Shown: piece after piece, positions 30,254-39,844 of the stretch
How positions within the stretch are numbered: position 1 is the first letter of the stretch
How the letters are laid out: the number at the start of each line of letters is the position of its first letter
Source of the DNA: a virus
Lineage: Duplodnaviria; Caudoviricetes
Virus record (IMG/VR): IMGVR_UViG_3300017917_002782
Location: 1,022-65,021 of that record
Length of the DNA stretch: 64,000 nt
Strand: one strand, 5' to 3'
Program-made: the position numbers and the translations under genes
Notes under the pieces: model-generated
What the model was told of the DNA's origin: nothing
Databases searched by the model: none
What the model saw: the letters and a program-made list of their open reading frames with translations, nothing else

Positions 30254-31510
30254 ATGATTGAAAACGAAAAGATATTTATTCAGATTGCGTCATATCGTGA
30301 TCCTCAATTAGTTCCAACATTAAAAGATTGTATTGAAAAGGCTAAAAATCCCGATAATTTGGTATTTTCAATTGCTTGGCAACATTCAATTGAAGACGAA
30401 TGGGATAATTTAGATGAGTTTAGAAATGACCCAAGATTTAAAATTATAGACATTGATTATAAATTATCACAAGGGGCTTGTTGGGCGAGAAATTTACTCC
30501 AACAACAATACCACGGGGAAAAATATACATTACAATTAGACTCACACCATAGATTTATTGAAAATTGGGATGAAGAATGTATCAACATGATAAAACAACT
30601 ACAAGAGAAAGGACATGAAAAACCTTTACTTACCGGATACATTTCATCTTTTGACCCTGAAAATGAACCAAATGGTAGAGTTCAAATACCATGGAAAATG
30701 AATTTTGATAGATTTATTCCAGAGGGTGCCGTTTTCTTTTTACCCGCATCAATAGACAATTACAAAGAACTAACAGAACCAATACCTGCAAGATTTTATT
30801 CGGCACATTTTTGTTTTACTTTAGGTCAATTTGCTGTTGAGGTACCACATGATCCAAATTATTATTTTCATGGTGAGGAGATTTCAATTGCTGTTAGGGC
30901 GTATACTTGGGGGTATGATTTGTTTCATCCACATAAAGTTATTGCTTGGCATGAATACACAAGAAAGGGAAGAAAAAAACAATGGGATGATGATAGAACT
31001 TGGGTAAATAGAAATAACTCATCACACAAAAGAAATAGAAAACTATTTGAGATGGATGGTGAAATTAAGGATATTGATTTCGGTATTTATGATTTTGGTT
31101 CTGTTAGAACACTACAAGATTATGAAAGATATTCTGGAATCTCTTTTAAAAAGAGAGGTGTTCAAAAATACACATCAGATAATAATTTAGCACCAAACCC
31201 ACCATTATATGGTGAAGAGTTTGAAAATTCATTTATGTCGGTATTTAAACATTGTATAGATGTTTATAAACACCAAGTACCTTTAGATGATTATGATTTT
31301 TGGGTTGTATCTTTTGAGGATGAAAATGGAGAAACAATTCATAGGTCCGACGCCGATAAAAATGAAGTTAAAAGGATTATGTCAGATTCTGGTGATGGTT
31401 ACTATAAAGTTTGGAGAACATTTAATATCGATAAAAAACCTGCCAGATGGGTTATTTGGCCACACTCAGAATCAAAAGATTGGTGTGAAAGATTAGTAGG
31501 AAATTTATAA
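30254..31510 (+). CDS. GlcNAc-transferase (GT60/Skp1-hydroxyproline GlcNAc-T-like)
   Basis: IFIQIASYRDP, G.CWAR, LQLDSHHRF, FHGEEI...R.YT.GYD. Confidence 0.85.
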   Translation: MIENEKIFIQIASYRDPQLVPTLKDCIEKAKNPDNLVFSIAWQHSIEDEWDNLDEFRNDPRFKIIDIDYKLSQGACWARNLLQQQYHGEKYTLQLDSHHRFIENWDEECINMIKQLQEKGHEKPLLTGYISSFDPENEPNGRVQIPWKMNFDRFIPEGAVFFLPASIDNYKELTEPIPARFYSAHFCFTLGQFAVEVPHDPNYYFHGEEISIAVRAYTWGYDLFHPHKVIAWHEYTRKGRKKQWDDDRTWVNRNNSSHKRNRKLFEMDGEIKDIDFGIYDFGSVRTLQDYERYSGISFKKRGVQKYTSDNNLAPNPPLYGEEFENSFMSVFKHCIDVYKHQVPLDDYDFWVVSFEDENGETIHRSDADKNEVKRIMSDSGDGYYKVWRTFNIDKKPARWVIWPHSESKDWCERLVGNL

Positions 31511-31511
31511 A

Positions 31512-33083
31512 ATGGCAAACATATCTTTTTATGGGTCACACAATTCGGCGGTTGTCGTTGAGAATGAAGGAAAAATAATTTGTGTAATTGAAGTTGAGCG
31601 TTTTTTAAATGTTAAAAATGCTGGATATTCCCAATACCTTGTTTCAAAAACGAGACCATACTTGTTAAAAGAAATTATTAAGTGGATTGAGAAGGAGTAT
31701 GGTATTAGTGAATATGACAACTGTTTTTATTTGAATACCGACACACACGAACATGATAGAAAGGTTTTTTACCACGAGTTGATTCCTGCAAAAAACTATA
31801 TAAATTCCCTTCATCACCTATCACACGCAGCATGTGGATTTTATCAAACGAATTATAATGAGGCGTTAATCTTTTCTTTTGATGGCGGGGGTAATGATGG
31901 ATTTTTTAACATTTATCATGCAATAGATAGAAAAACAATTACACAAATCGACAAATTAAAATACGATTTAGGTTTTCCTTACATGATATTCGGTGATTAC
32001 TTATCTGACATAAAAAAAGAACCAGCATTAAATATTGGTAATTTAGTTTATTCAGGTAAAATAATGGGATTGTGTTCTTACGGAAATTTAAGAGAAGAAT
32101 GGTTAAATCCGATGAAAAAATTTTACTATTCAAAACCCGATGGATTGAATTATCATGAATTACTTAAAACATTAAGTGAAGAGATAGGAGTGACTTTTAA
32201 TAGTGAAAGACTTACAAACGAAATTGCTTGGGATTTAGCCAAAACCTCTCAAATTGCGTTTGAAGAGGTTTTTTTAGAATTGGTAAATCCATATTTAGAA
32301 AAAATTAAAGACATACCAGTCATTCTTGTTGGTGGATGTGCGTTGAATATTTTGTTAAACACAAGATTGAAACAGGAATTGGGTCGAGAAATTTTTGTTC
32401 CACCAAATCCAAATGATTGTGGTATTGCTGCGGGGATGATGTTGAATTATTTAAAACCAGACCACGCTATTGATTTAACATACTCTGGATTACCAATTTT
32501 AGATAAGGATTTATTAATGTCTTATTGTGAAGAAGATTGGAAATCCGAACCATTAGATATTAATATACTTGTTAATGATTTAATTAATGGTAAAATTATC
32601 GGTGTTGCTAGAGGGACATCAGAACATGGACCGAGGGCGTTAGGTAACAGAAGTATTATTTGTAATCCAACAAAACCAGACATGAAAGATATTTTAAATG
32701 CAAAAGTTAAAAAAAGAGAGTGGTATAGACCTTTTGCCCCCGTGGTTAAGTTAGAAAACGTTTCAAAGTATTTTGAATTTGAGGGTGAAAGTAGATGGAT
32801 GGGGTTTTGTCCAAAAGTAAGAGAGGAGTGGAGAGATAAACTAATCTCAATTACACATATTGATGGTACGGCGAGAGTTCAAACCGTTACGAAGGATCAA
32901 AACCCATTCTTATACGATTTGTTAACCGAATTTGAAAATAAAACAGGTGTGGGTGTTTTGTTAAACACATCATTCAATGTTGATGGTAAACCAATACTTT
33001 CAACCATCAAAGACGCCATGAATGTTTACAAAAACACACAAATGGATTGTTTATTAATTGAAGATTATTATTTTAAAAAATGA
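31512..33083 (+). CDS. carbamoyltransferase (CmcH/NodU family)
   Basis: HHLSHA, DGGG, GKIMGL, GGCALN, GPRALGNRS, RPFAP, LNTSFN. Confidence 0.92.
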   Translation: MANISFYGSHNSAVVVENEGKIICVIEVERFLNVKNAGYSQYLVSKTRPYLLKEIIKWIEKEYGISEYDNCFYLNTDTHEHDRKVFYHELIPAKNYINSLHHLSHAACGFYQTNYNEALIFSFDGGGNDGFFNIYHAIDRKTITQIDKLKYDLGFPYMIFGDYLSDIKKEPALNIGNLVYSGKIMGLCSYGNLREEWLNPMKKFYYSKPDGLNYHELLKTLSEEIGVTFNSERLTNEIAWDLAKTSQIAFEEVFLELVNPYLEKIKDIPVILVGGCALNILLNTRLKQELGREIFVPPNPNDCGIAAGMMLNYLKPDHAIDLTYSGLPILDKDLLMSYCEEDWKSEPLDINILVNDLINGKIIGVARGTSEHGPRALGNRSIICNPTKPDMKDILNAKVKKREWYRPFAPVVKLENVSKYFEFEGESRWMGFCPKVREEWRDKLISITHIDGTARVQTVTKDQNPFLYDLLTEFENKTGVGVLLNTSFNVDGKPILSTIKDAMNVYKNTQMDCLLIEDYYFKK

Positions 33084-33967
33084 AAACAAAAATAGTTACC
33101 GCATTTTATACAGGTATATCTGATTACCCATATTATGGTCATAGTGGTGTGGCGAGACACGAAAGGTATTTACACTCATTAAGAACATTGAATAATATGG
33201 ATGTTGAAATAATTTGTTTTTGTAACGAAAACCAATATGAAATGTTAGTAAATTATTGTAACGATTTTAACTTAAAAAATGTTGAAATAAAAATATCTAA
33301 CTTATCGGACAATCCAGTTGCTCAAAAAATGATATCAATAAAAGAAAAAACAGAAGACTTTAAATTTTATCATGAAGTGGATTGGAACAAGATTTATTTA
33401 CTTCAAAAAGAATATGATGAAAGTTATGATTATATATATTGGATTGATGTTGGTTTATCGCACAGGGGTTTGTTTTTAGAAAAATATAATCCATATGCCG
33501 AAAAGATAGATGGGTTATCTCGTACATACGAAAACTATTCATTTTTGGGGATATTCAATAGTTTATTTATTGAGAAAATGAATAATTGGGTTGGTAATAG
33601 ATTAATAAATCTTTCAAATAAACAATTATCACACAATATAAATTTTACAAATTCAGTAACCGAAACAAAAATTAATTACGAAAACTTAAGTGTTGGCGGA
33701 ATATTGGGTGGTAATATTAAAAACTTAAAGTGGTTCATTGATACATTTAACAATGAGGGTAATAAGATTTTAAACAAAAACGTAATAATTAATCACGAAG
33801 CATTAATATCTTACATATTTGAACAAAATCAAGAAATGTTTAAAACGTTTATATTTGAAACTTGGTACCATGATGATTTTTGGAAGACAACACCAATATT
33901 TGACAACGAAACAATAAAAGGTAAAACACATTTTGTACATTTTTTTGAAAAAGAACTAGGAATTTAA
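33080..33967 (+). CDS. HtrL/WlaTC-like glycosyltransferase
   Basis: KIVTAFY, YWIDVG, VGGILGG. Confidence 0.65.
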   Translation: MKTKIVTAFYTGISDYPYYGHSGVARHERYLHSLRTLNNMDVEIICFCNENQYEMLVNYCNDFNLKNVEIKISNLSDNPVAQKMISIKEKTEDFKFYHEVDWNKIYLLQKEYDESYDYIYWIDVGLSHRGLFLEKYNPYAEKIDGLSRTYENYSFLGIFNSLFIEKMNNWVGNRLINLSNKQLSHNINFTNSVTETKINYENLSVGGILGGNIKNLKWFIDTFNNEGNKILNKNVIINHEALISYIFEQNQEMFKTFIFETWYHDDFWKTTPIFDNETIKGKTHFVHFFEKELGI

Positions 33968-34022
33968 CTACCAGTCAATCTTTTTTATGATGACAAATTA
34001 ATTTATAAATTAATAGAATAAT

Positions 34023-36377
34023 ATGAGTAATTTTTTTGATAGGGGCTTACACCATTTAGGTAAGACCGGACAACAAATTTTTGTAATGAACATCGGAGCA
34101 ATGGATGGTGTGTTATTTGATGAAATGATAGGTTATACTAATATGTATAATTTTAAAGGATTATATGTTGAACCAATTCCATATCTTTTTGATAAACTGA
34201 AAAACAACATAGGTGACAAGGGTATTTTTGAAAACAGTGCAATATCTGATTACAACGGTGAAATAGAAATGTTAACTATTGACAAAGATGTTATTGATAG
34301 TGGTGCGGTTCACAATTGTTTTTATGGCATGAGTGCTGTTTACCCACCAAGAAATGGGTTGGGTAGTGAGTTTGATAGACCAACAGTTGAGAAGTATGGT
34401 AAATTGGTAAAAGTGTCTTGTATAACGTTTGAAACACTTTTAGAAAAACACAATATCACAAATTTTGATGTTGTTAAGATAGATGCTGAGGGTCATGATT
34501 ATCAAATTTTCAAACAAATAGATTTGGGTAAATATAGACCCAAAATAGTTAGAATTGAATGGGTAAATCTTAGTGATGAAGAAAAAAATGAAATAAAAAA
34601 TATCTTTAACAAACACAACTACCAAATTGAGTTGGATGGTCAAGATATTATTGGATTACCAAGTGAGTTTCATGATGAACTTTTCAAACCTAAAGAAAAC
34701 ACACAAACAAAAACAACTTTAGTAACAGGTCTTTGGGATATTGGTAGAAATGAATTATCAAGTGGTTGGTCAAGAACATTTGATCATTATTTGGAGAAGT
34801 TTGAACAACTTCTAAGAGTTGAAAACAACATGATAATTTTTGGTGACAAGGAGCTTGAAAGTTTTGTTTTCAAATACAGAAATCATGATAACACACAATT
34901 TATTTTGAGAGATTTGTCTTGGTTTAAACAAAATGAATTTTTCAATCTAATACAAGAAATAAGAAACAAACCAGAGTGGTACAACTCTGCTGGTTGGTTA
35001 AAAGAATCTACCCAAGCAAGACTAGAATGGTATAACCCATTGGTTATGTCTAAAATGTTTTTATTACATGATGCAAAAATATTTGATAAGTTTGATTCAA
35101 AATACATGTTTTGGATTGATGCTGGTTTAACAAACACAGTACATTCCGGATACTTTACTCACGACAAGGTATTAAATAACCTACCAAAGTACATAAATAA
35201 ATTTTCTTTTATTTGTTTTCCATATCAGGCAAGTAATGAAATACATGGATTTGATTTTAACTCAATTAACAGGATAACGGGTAATAAAGTGGAAATGGTT
35301 GCCAGAGGTGGTTTTTTTGGTGGACCTAAAGATTCTATAACAGATGTTAATAACATATATTATTCTTTAATGTCATCCACACTCAAATCTGGTTACATGG
35401 GTACTGAAGAATCTTTATTCTCAATCATGTGTTATAAACATAGTGATTTGATAAATTATTTTGAAATAAATGAAAATGGTTTATTGGGTACTTTTTTTGA
35501 AAATTTAAAAAACAATCAGTTAGTTGTTAAAACAAAAAACCCAAACGGTAATGTTGTTTTAAAAAATAAAAACAACACTGCACTTTATATCATTACATTT
35601 AATAGTCCAAAACAAGTACAAACATTGATTGACTCAATGCTAACTTATGACGAGAATTTCATACATAAACCTGAATTAATATTGTTAAATAACTCAACTG
35701 ACGAATCAACAACCGAAGGTTATAATCAGATATGTGAAAAATACAATATTGAACATATAAAGAAGGACAATTTAGGTATTTGTGGTGGTAGACAATTTAT
35801 TGCGGAACATGCGGAAGAAGGGGGTTATGATTTCTATTTCTTTTTTGAGGATGATATGTTCTTCTATTGTAAGGAGGGTGAAGTTTGTAGAAATGGTTTT
35901 AACCGAGTGGTAAAAAATTTATATGATAAGTCATTAGATATTATCAATAAAAACGGGTACGATTTTTTGAAATTATCGTTTAGTGAGTTTTATGGTGATA
36001 ATAGAGTTCAATGGGCGTGGTATAATGTACCACAAAGTTTTAGAGAACAGCATTGGCCAGATAAGAGGACACTACCAGTTCAAGGATTAGATCCAAATGC
36101 ACCGAGAACCAATTTTACTAAAATAGAAAGTTATCAAGGGGTTCCGTACGCTGAAGGTGAGGTTTATTATTGTAACTGGCCACAAATAGTTTCAAGAGAA
36201 GGTAATAGAAAAATGTTTTTAACCGAAAAATGGGCAAGACCATACGAACAAACATGGATGTCATATATTTTCCAAGAAACAATAAAAGGTAATATAAATC
36301 CATCATTATTACTTTTAACACCAACAGAACACAATCGTTTTGAACACTATGATGGAAAATTGAGAAAAGAATCTTAA
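34023..36377 (+). CDS. FkbM methyltransferase + HtrL-like + GT-A fusion
   Basis: NIGAMDG/VEP/KIDAEGHD; LVTGLWDIGR/FWIDAG/MGTEE; FFEDDM. Confidence 0.8.
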   Translation: MSNFFDRGLHHLGKTGQQIFVMNIGAMDGVLFDEMIGYTNMYNFKGLYVEPIPYLFDKLKNNIGDKGIFENSAISDYNGEIEMLTIDKDVIDSGAVHNCFYGMSAVYPPRNGLGSEFDRPTVEKYGKLVKVSCITFETLLEKHNITNFDVVKIDAEGHDYQIFKQIDLGKYRPKIVRIEWVNLSDEEKNEIKNIFNKHNYQIELDGQDIIGLPSEFHDELFKPKENTQTKTTLVTGLWDIGRNELSSGWSRTFDHYLEKFEQLLRVENNMIIFGDKELESFVFKYRNHDNTQFILRDLSWFKQNEFFNLIQEIRNKPEWYNSAGWLKESTQARLEWYNPLVMSKMFLLHDAKIFDKFDSKYMFWIDAGLTNTVHSGYFTHDKVLNNLPKYINKFSFICFPYQASNEIHGFDFNSINRITGNKVEMVARGGFFGGPKDSITDVNNIYYSLMSSTLKSGYMGTEESLFSIMCYKHSDLINYFEINENGLLGTFFENLKNNQLVVKTKNPNGNVVLKNKNNTALYIITFNSPKQVQTLIDSMLTYDENFIHKPELILLNNSTDESTTEGYNQICEKYNIEHIKKDNLGICGGRQFIAEHAEEGGYDFYFFFEDDMFFYCKEGEVCRNGFNRVVKNLYDKSLDIINKNGYDFLKLSFSEFYGDNRVQWAWYNVPQSFREQHWPDKRTLPVQGLDPNAPRTNFTKIESYQGVPYAEGEVYYCNWPQIVSREGNRKMFLTEKWARPYEQTWMSYIFQETIKGNINPSLLLLTPTEHNRFEHYDGKLRKES

Positions 36378-36455
36378 GACATATTTATATTTAGGATTAG
36401 TTATTAAACTAATAGATACCATAACACACTTAATATTATTCCATGGACCCCGATA

Positions 36456-36683
36456 GTGAGACAAAGATTAAAAACCAAGGAAACTCGTTTAGTTTTATTC
36501 AGAGATACCTCGCTTATGTTGGCGATGTTCTTTCTCCCCTTTGGTTACGACGCATTATTCAAGTTAATGATGGAAGTAACTGGTTCATATTGGGGAGCCG
36601 ATATCGTTTTTTATTCAATTTCAGGTTGTTTTTGGTTGTGTTATATATACTTATCGAAATTAACAAATAAAAAAACCCGGTAG
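36456..36683 (+). CDS. small membrane protein
   Basis: two hydrophobic segments (AMFFLPFGYD). Confidence 0.55.
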   Translation: MRQRLKTKETRLVLFRDTSLMLAMFFLPFGYDALFKLMMEVTGSYWGADIVFYSISGCFWLCYIYLSKLTNKKTR

Positions 36684-36830
36684 TTATTTACCAGGTTTCT
36701 TCTGTTCAGTTTTTGGTTTCTGTAAACCTTTTTTGTCTTCTTCCTTTTTAAGATAATGTTCTTTAGTTGCTGTTTTGTGTTTCTCAAGGATTTTTTTTCT
36801 TTCCTCTTCACTCATTTCTAATATTCCCAT
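36684..36830 (-). CDS. short basic protein
   Basis: MGILEMSEEERKKILEKH..., read by hand. Confidence 0.45.
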   Translation of the reverse strand: MGILEMSEEERKKILEKHKTATKEHYLKKEEDKKGLQKPKTEQKKPGK

Positions 36831-36853
36831 AATTCGATTCTTTTATGTTAAGT

Positions 36854-37207
36854 TTATTGAATTTTATTGTTAAAGTAAATGGTTGAATTATTTTCTATTT
36901 TCTTTTCTAATAATTTAAAACATTCATTGAACCCATCTATTTCAATCAGTTCTCTTGTTGATTTGAATTCTCCACAAGATAAAAACACATTACCACCAAC
37001 AATTGTGATAGTATATAACCAACTATCGTTAGTAAACCTCTCTACATTCAATAAAATACCTTGCGTTTCAAAAAAACGATATAGACTCTTTAACTCGTAA
37101 TATTTTAAAATTGAAATGCATGGAACCCCTATATTTGGAAACATAACATTGACAAACACATTTAGTGCGTTTGGGTATCTTATCTTTATGTTATTCCAAT
37201 CTATCAT
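36854..37207 (-). CDS. hypothetical protein
   Basis: ORF. Confidence 0.6.
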   Translation of the reverse strand: MIDWNNIKIRYPNALNVFVNVMFPNIGVPCISILKYYELKSLYRFFETQGILLNVERFTNDSWLYTITIVGGNVFLSCGEFKSTRELIEIDGFNECFKLLEKKIENNSTIYFNNKIQ

Positions 37208-37262
37208 ACCAGTAATTATGTTATATATTCAAATAATTGTATATATTGAAATATTTATTAGT

Positions 37263-37631
37263 ATGGATTTTTTAGAAGACAATAAAAAAGAAAAATTAAC
37301 TGAATTTGTGAGATTTGTTAAAGATGAACTTGGTTTAAAAAAATGCCCAAGTATAGTTTTGCAAAATGGTAAAGGAAAATTAAAAACCACTGCCAATTAT
37401 GATTATAACAAAGAAAACAAAGTAATAAGGGTTAATTGTAAAAATAGGGCTTTGGTTGATGTGATGAGAAGTATTGCACACGAAATGGTCCACCACAAAC
37501 AATATGAGGATGGTAGGTTAATGGTTAAACCACCAGATATTGGTGGTGAAATTGAAGATGAGGCAAACGCAAAGGCTGGACAATACATCAAAATGTTTGC
37601 AAGAAAAACCCCTTCAATTTACGAAGAATAG
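37263..37631 (+). CDS. HExxH metallopeptidase-like protein
   Basis: RSIAHEMVHHKQ...EDEANA; start moved to MDFLE. Confidence 0.7.
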   Translation: MDFLEDNKKEKLTEFVRFVKDELGLKKCPSIVLQNGKGKLKTTANYDYNKENKVIRVNCKNRALVDVMRSIAHEMVHHKQYEDGRLMVKPPDIGGEIEDEANAKAGQYIKMFARKTPSIYEE

Positions 37632-38222
37632 TTACCTCATAAAAGTCAATATAATTTTGACTGTAACCGCCTTATCCCTTGATCCGTTTGAATAATAAAG
37701 GTCAGTTACAATTTCAGGACTTATTAGTTTCAATTTATTTGGTGGAGCAACACCCCGGTTGTTAGTTTCAAAACTATAATCAGTTTTTAATCCAATGGTC
37801 TGATCTAAAACCGACATTCTAGTGTATTCCGTATACAAATAGTTAGGATATGATACCCAAAATGGTTCGTGTGATGGTGTGGTACCACCAGAACCATTAA
37901 CCCATTCACAATACAAATGGTAACCATCAAATTCCCACTGAGTTTTGTTTTTAATAAACCTTCTTGAAATACTGGTTTGTTTATAGTTCTGAGACATTAA
38001 AACACCACCACTAACGAAGGTTTGGTTATTAAACGAATTTATACATATTGTATCATTTTTAATAATTTCAACAGGACTTGCCGAACTTATAACAATAATA
38101 TCATAATCAACAAAAGTCCACTTACCTCCACCCATAAATAAAACGGGTTCGCTTGGTTGTTCATATTTTTCACAACCAACCAATGTTGTCACAAGTAATA
38201 GTATTAAAATTATTTTTTTCAT
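37632..38222 (-). CDS. lipoprotein
   Basis: MKKIILILLLVTTLVG-C lipobox. Confidence 0.75.
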   Translation of the reverse strand: MKKIILILLLVTTLVGCEKYEQPSEPVLFMGGGKWTFVDYDIIVISSASPVEIIKNDTICINSFNNQTFVSGGVLMSQNYKQTSISRRFIKNKTQWEFDGYHLYCEWVNGSGGTTPSHEPFWVSYPNYLYTEYTRMSVLDQTIGLKTDYSFETNNRGVAPPNKLKLISPEIVTDLYYSNGSRDKAVTVKIILTFMR

Positions 38223-38309
38223 GATATTGAAATTTGATGCTAAATTATGTGGTTTTATTATAATACCAAAATTAATTTTATATATTTTTATGGATATTTA
38301 TAGTAAAAT

Positions 38310-38573
38310 ATGAAAATCATAATCTCCGAGAAACAACACGAACTAATTTTAGGGCACCTAAAAAAAACACAAGATGTTGGTGAACAAGTGGATACTGCTG
38401 CTGCTCAACCAAGTACAGGTACTGGTAGTTCTGGTAGTAAAGAGGGTTATCCTGAAGTTGGGAAATGGGAAACTGGTGTGACGAGGGGTCCTGCCAATCA
38501 AGTTGGGGTAACTAAGTGGTCGGACATTGTTGGTTCAAAACTGACAAGAGGTAAAGCTAATCAGTTAAAATAA
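38310..38573 (+). CDS. hypothetical protein with repeated RG.ANQ motif
   Basis: KWETGVTRGPANQ / KW....LTRGKANQ. Confidence 0.7.
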   Translation: MKIIISEKQHELILGHLKKTQDVGEQVDTAAAQPSTGTGSSGSKEGYPEVGKWETGVTRGPANQVGVTKWSDIVGSKLTRGKANQLK

Positions 38574-38596
38574 GAAAACCCTAATATTTATATAGT

Positions 38597-39841
38597 ATGT
38601 ATAAAAACGGAAAACTTTTAATAACAGAATCAGATAGAAATAGAATCATGGGTCTATATGATAGGCCTGTTTTATCTGAATCTATTGTTATATCTGATTG
38701 GTTATCACCAGATGAAAAATATTGTATTTTTCTTGATGAGTTATATGATATTGAAAAGAAAGAAAAACTAGGTAATGTTTGGGAAAATTTTGAACATTTC
38801 AAATTCTTTTTGAAACATTCATTTGAAGTGGCACAAAATGTACCACAGGAGATAAAAGAGTCAGTATTAACATCATTAAATTCTTTTGTAATAACCGAAT
38901 CAAATCAAAACATGGTTGGATTAAAACCATACTTTAAAGATTATTTAATCAATGAAGGATTAGGTGATTGGATTTCAGGTGCGGGAGAATGGTTAAAGGA
39001 TACCGCAAAATCTACAGCACAAGGTGTTGGAGATTTTTTAACAAAATCATATGAAGGTGCATCAAAAATTATTAGTGGTATTAGTAAGGGTGAATGGTCT
39101 GAAGTTCTTAACTTACTAAAGAAAGGTTCATTATGGGTTGCGAGAAAAATTAGACAAGCATTATATAGTCCTGTTGGATTAATCCTTGATGCGATTTTAG
39201 TTGCAACTGGTATCGGTAAAGCGGGCCCATTTATTTTATGGGGTATTGTTGTAGCATTAGATATATATGAACTAACAACCAATAACTACGAAAACCAAGA
39301 TGAAAGTTTTTTAACAAGACTATTTTTTACTGGTGTTGATATTATTGGTATGGTTACCGCAGGAGTGGCAGCAAAATCTGCAAGGGGATTGTTAGGGGGT
39401 ATTTTTAAGAAATTTGGAACAACAACCGAAGGTTTAACTAAAGCGGCAAAATCAAATCCCGCTTTTAGGGGTACTTTGGAAAAGATGTTAACATCGGCAC
39501 AGGGTGCATCAGGGGTAATGGGTAAAGTAAGTTCATTCTTATCTAAAAAATCACCCATGTTATTTAAATTTGTCTCATCAATTATTAGTGGGTTAACAAA
39601 ATTTGTAAAAAAAATAATTCAAACTATAACTAAAATATTAGGAATACCAGGAAAAGCAATTGAGAAAACTTTAGGTGGTGGTAAACTGGGTAAAGGAACT
39701 AAAGCGGGTGTTGAAACCGGAGCAATTGTTGGTGGTTTGGGCACACGAGAAAAAGTAAAAAATATTGAAGGTCAAAATCAATTATATGACGCACTAAAAA
39801 ATTCGGAAGTAGTTCCTGAATACGATATAAACCAAATATAA
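38597..39841 (+). CDS. probable virion/ejection protein with amphipathic C-terminal half
   Basis: G/A/K-rich helical region with hydrophobic segments. Confidence 0.65.
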   Translation: MYKNGKLLITESDRNRIMGLYDRPVLSESIVISDWLSPDEKYCIFLDELYDIEKKEKLGNVWENFEHFKFFLKHSFEVAQNVPQEIKESVLTSLNSFVITESNQNMVGLKPYFKDYLINEGLGDWISGAGEWLKDTAKSTAQGVGDFLTKSYEGASKIISGISKGEWSEVLNLLKKGSLWVARKIRQALYSPVGLILDAILVATGIGKAGPFILWGIVVALDIYELTTNNYENQDESFLTRLFFTGVDIIGMVTAGVAAKSARGLLGGIFKKFGTTTEGLTKAAKSNPAFRGTLEKMLTSAQGASGVMGKVSSFLSKKSPMLFKFVSSIISGLTKFVKKIIQTITKILGIPGKAIEKTLGGGKLGKGTKAGVETGAIVGGLGTREKVKNIEGQNQLYDALKNSEVVPEYDINQI

Positions 39842-39844
39842 AAT

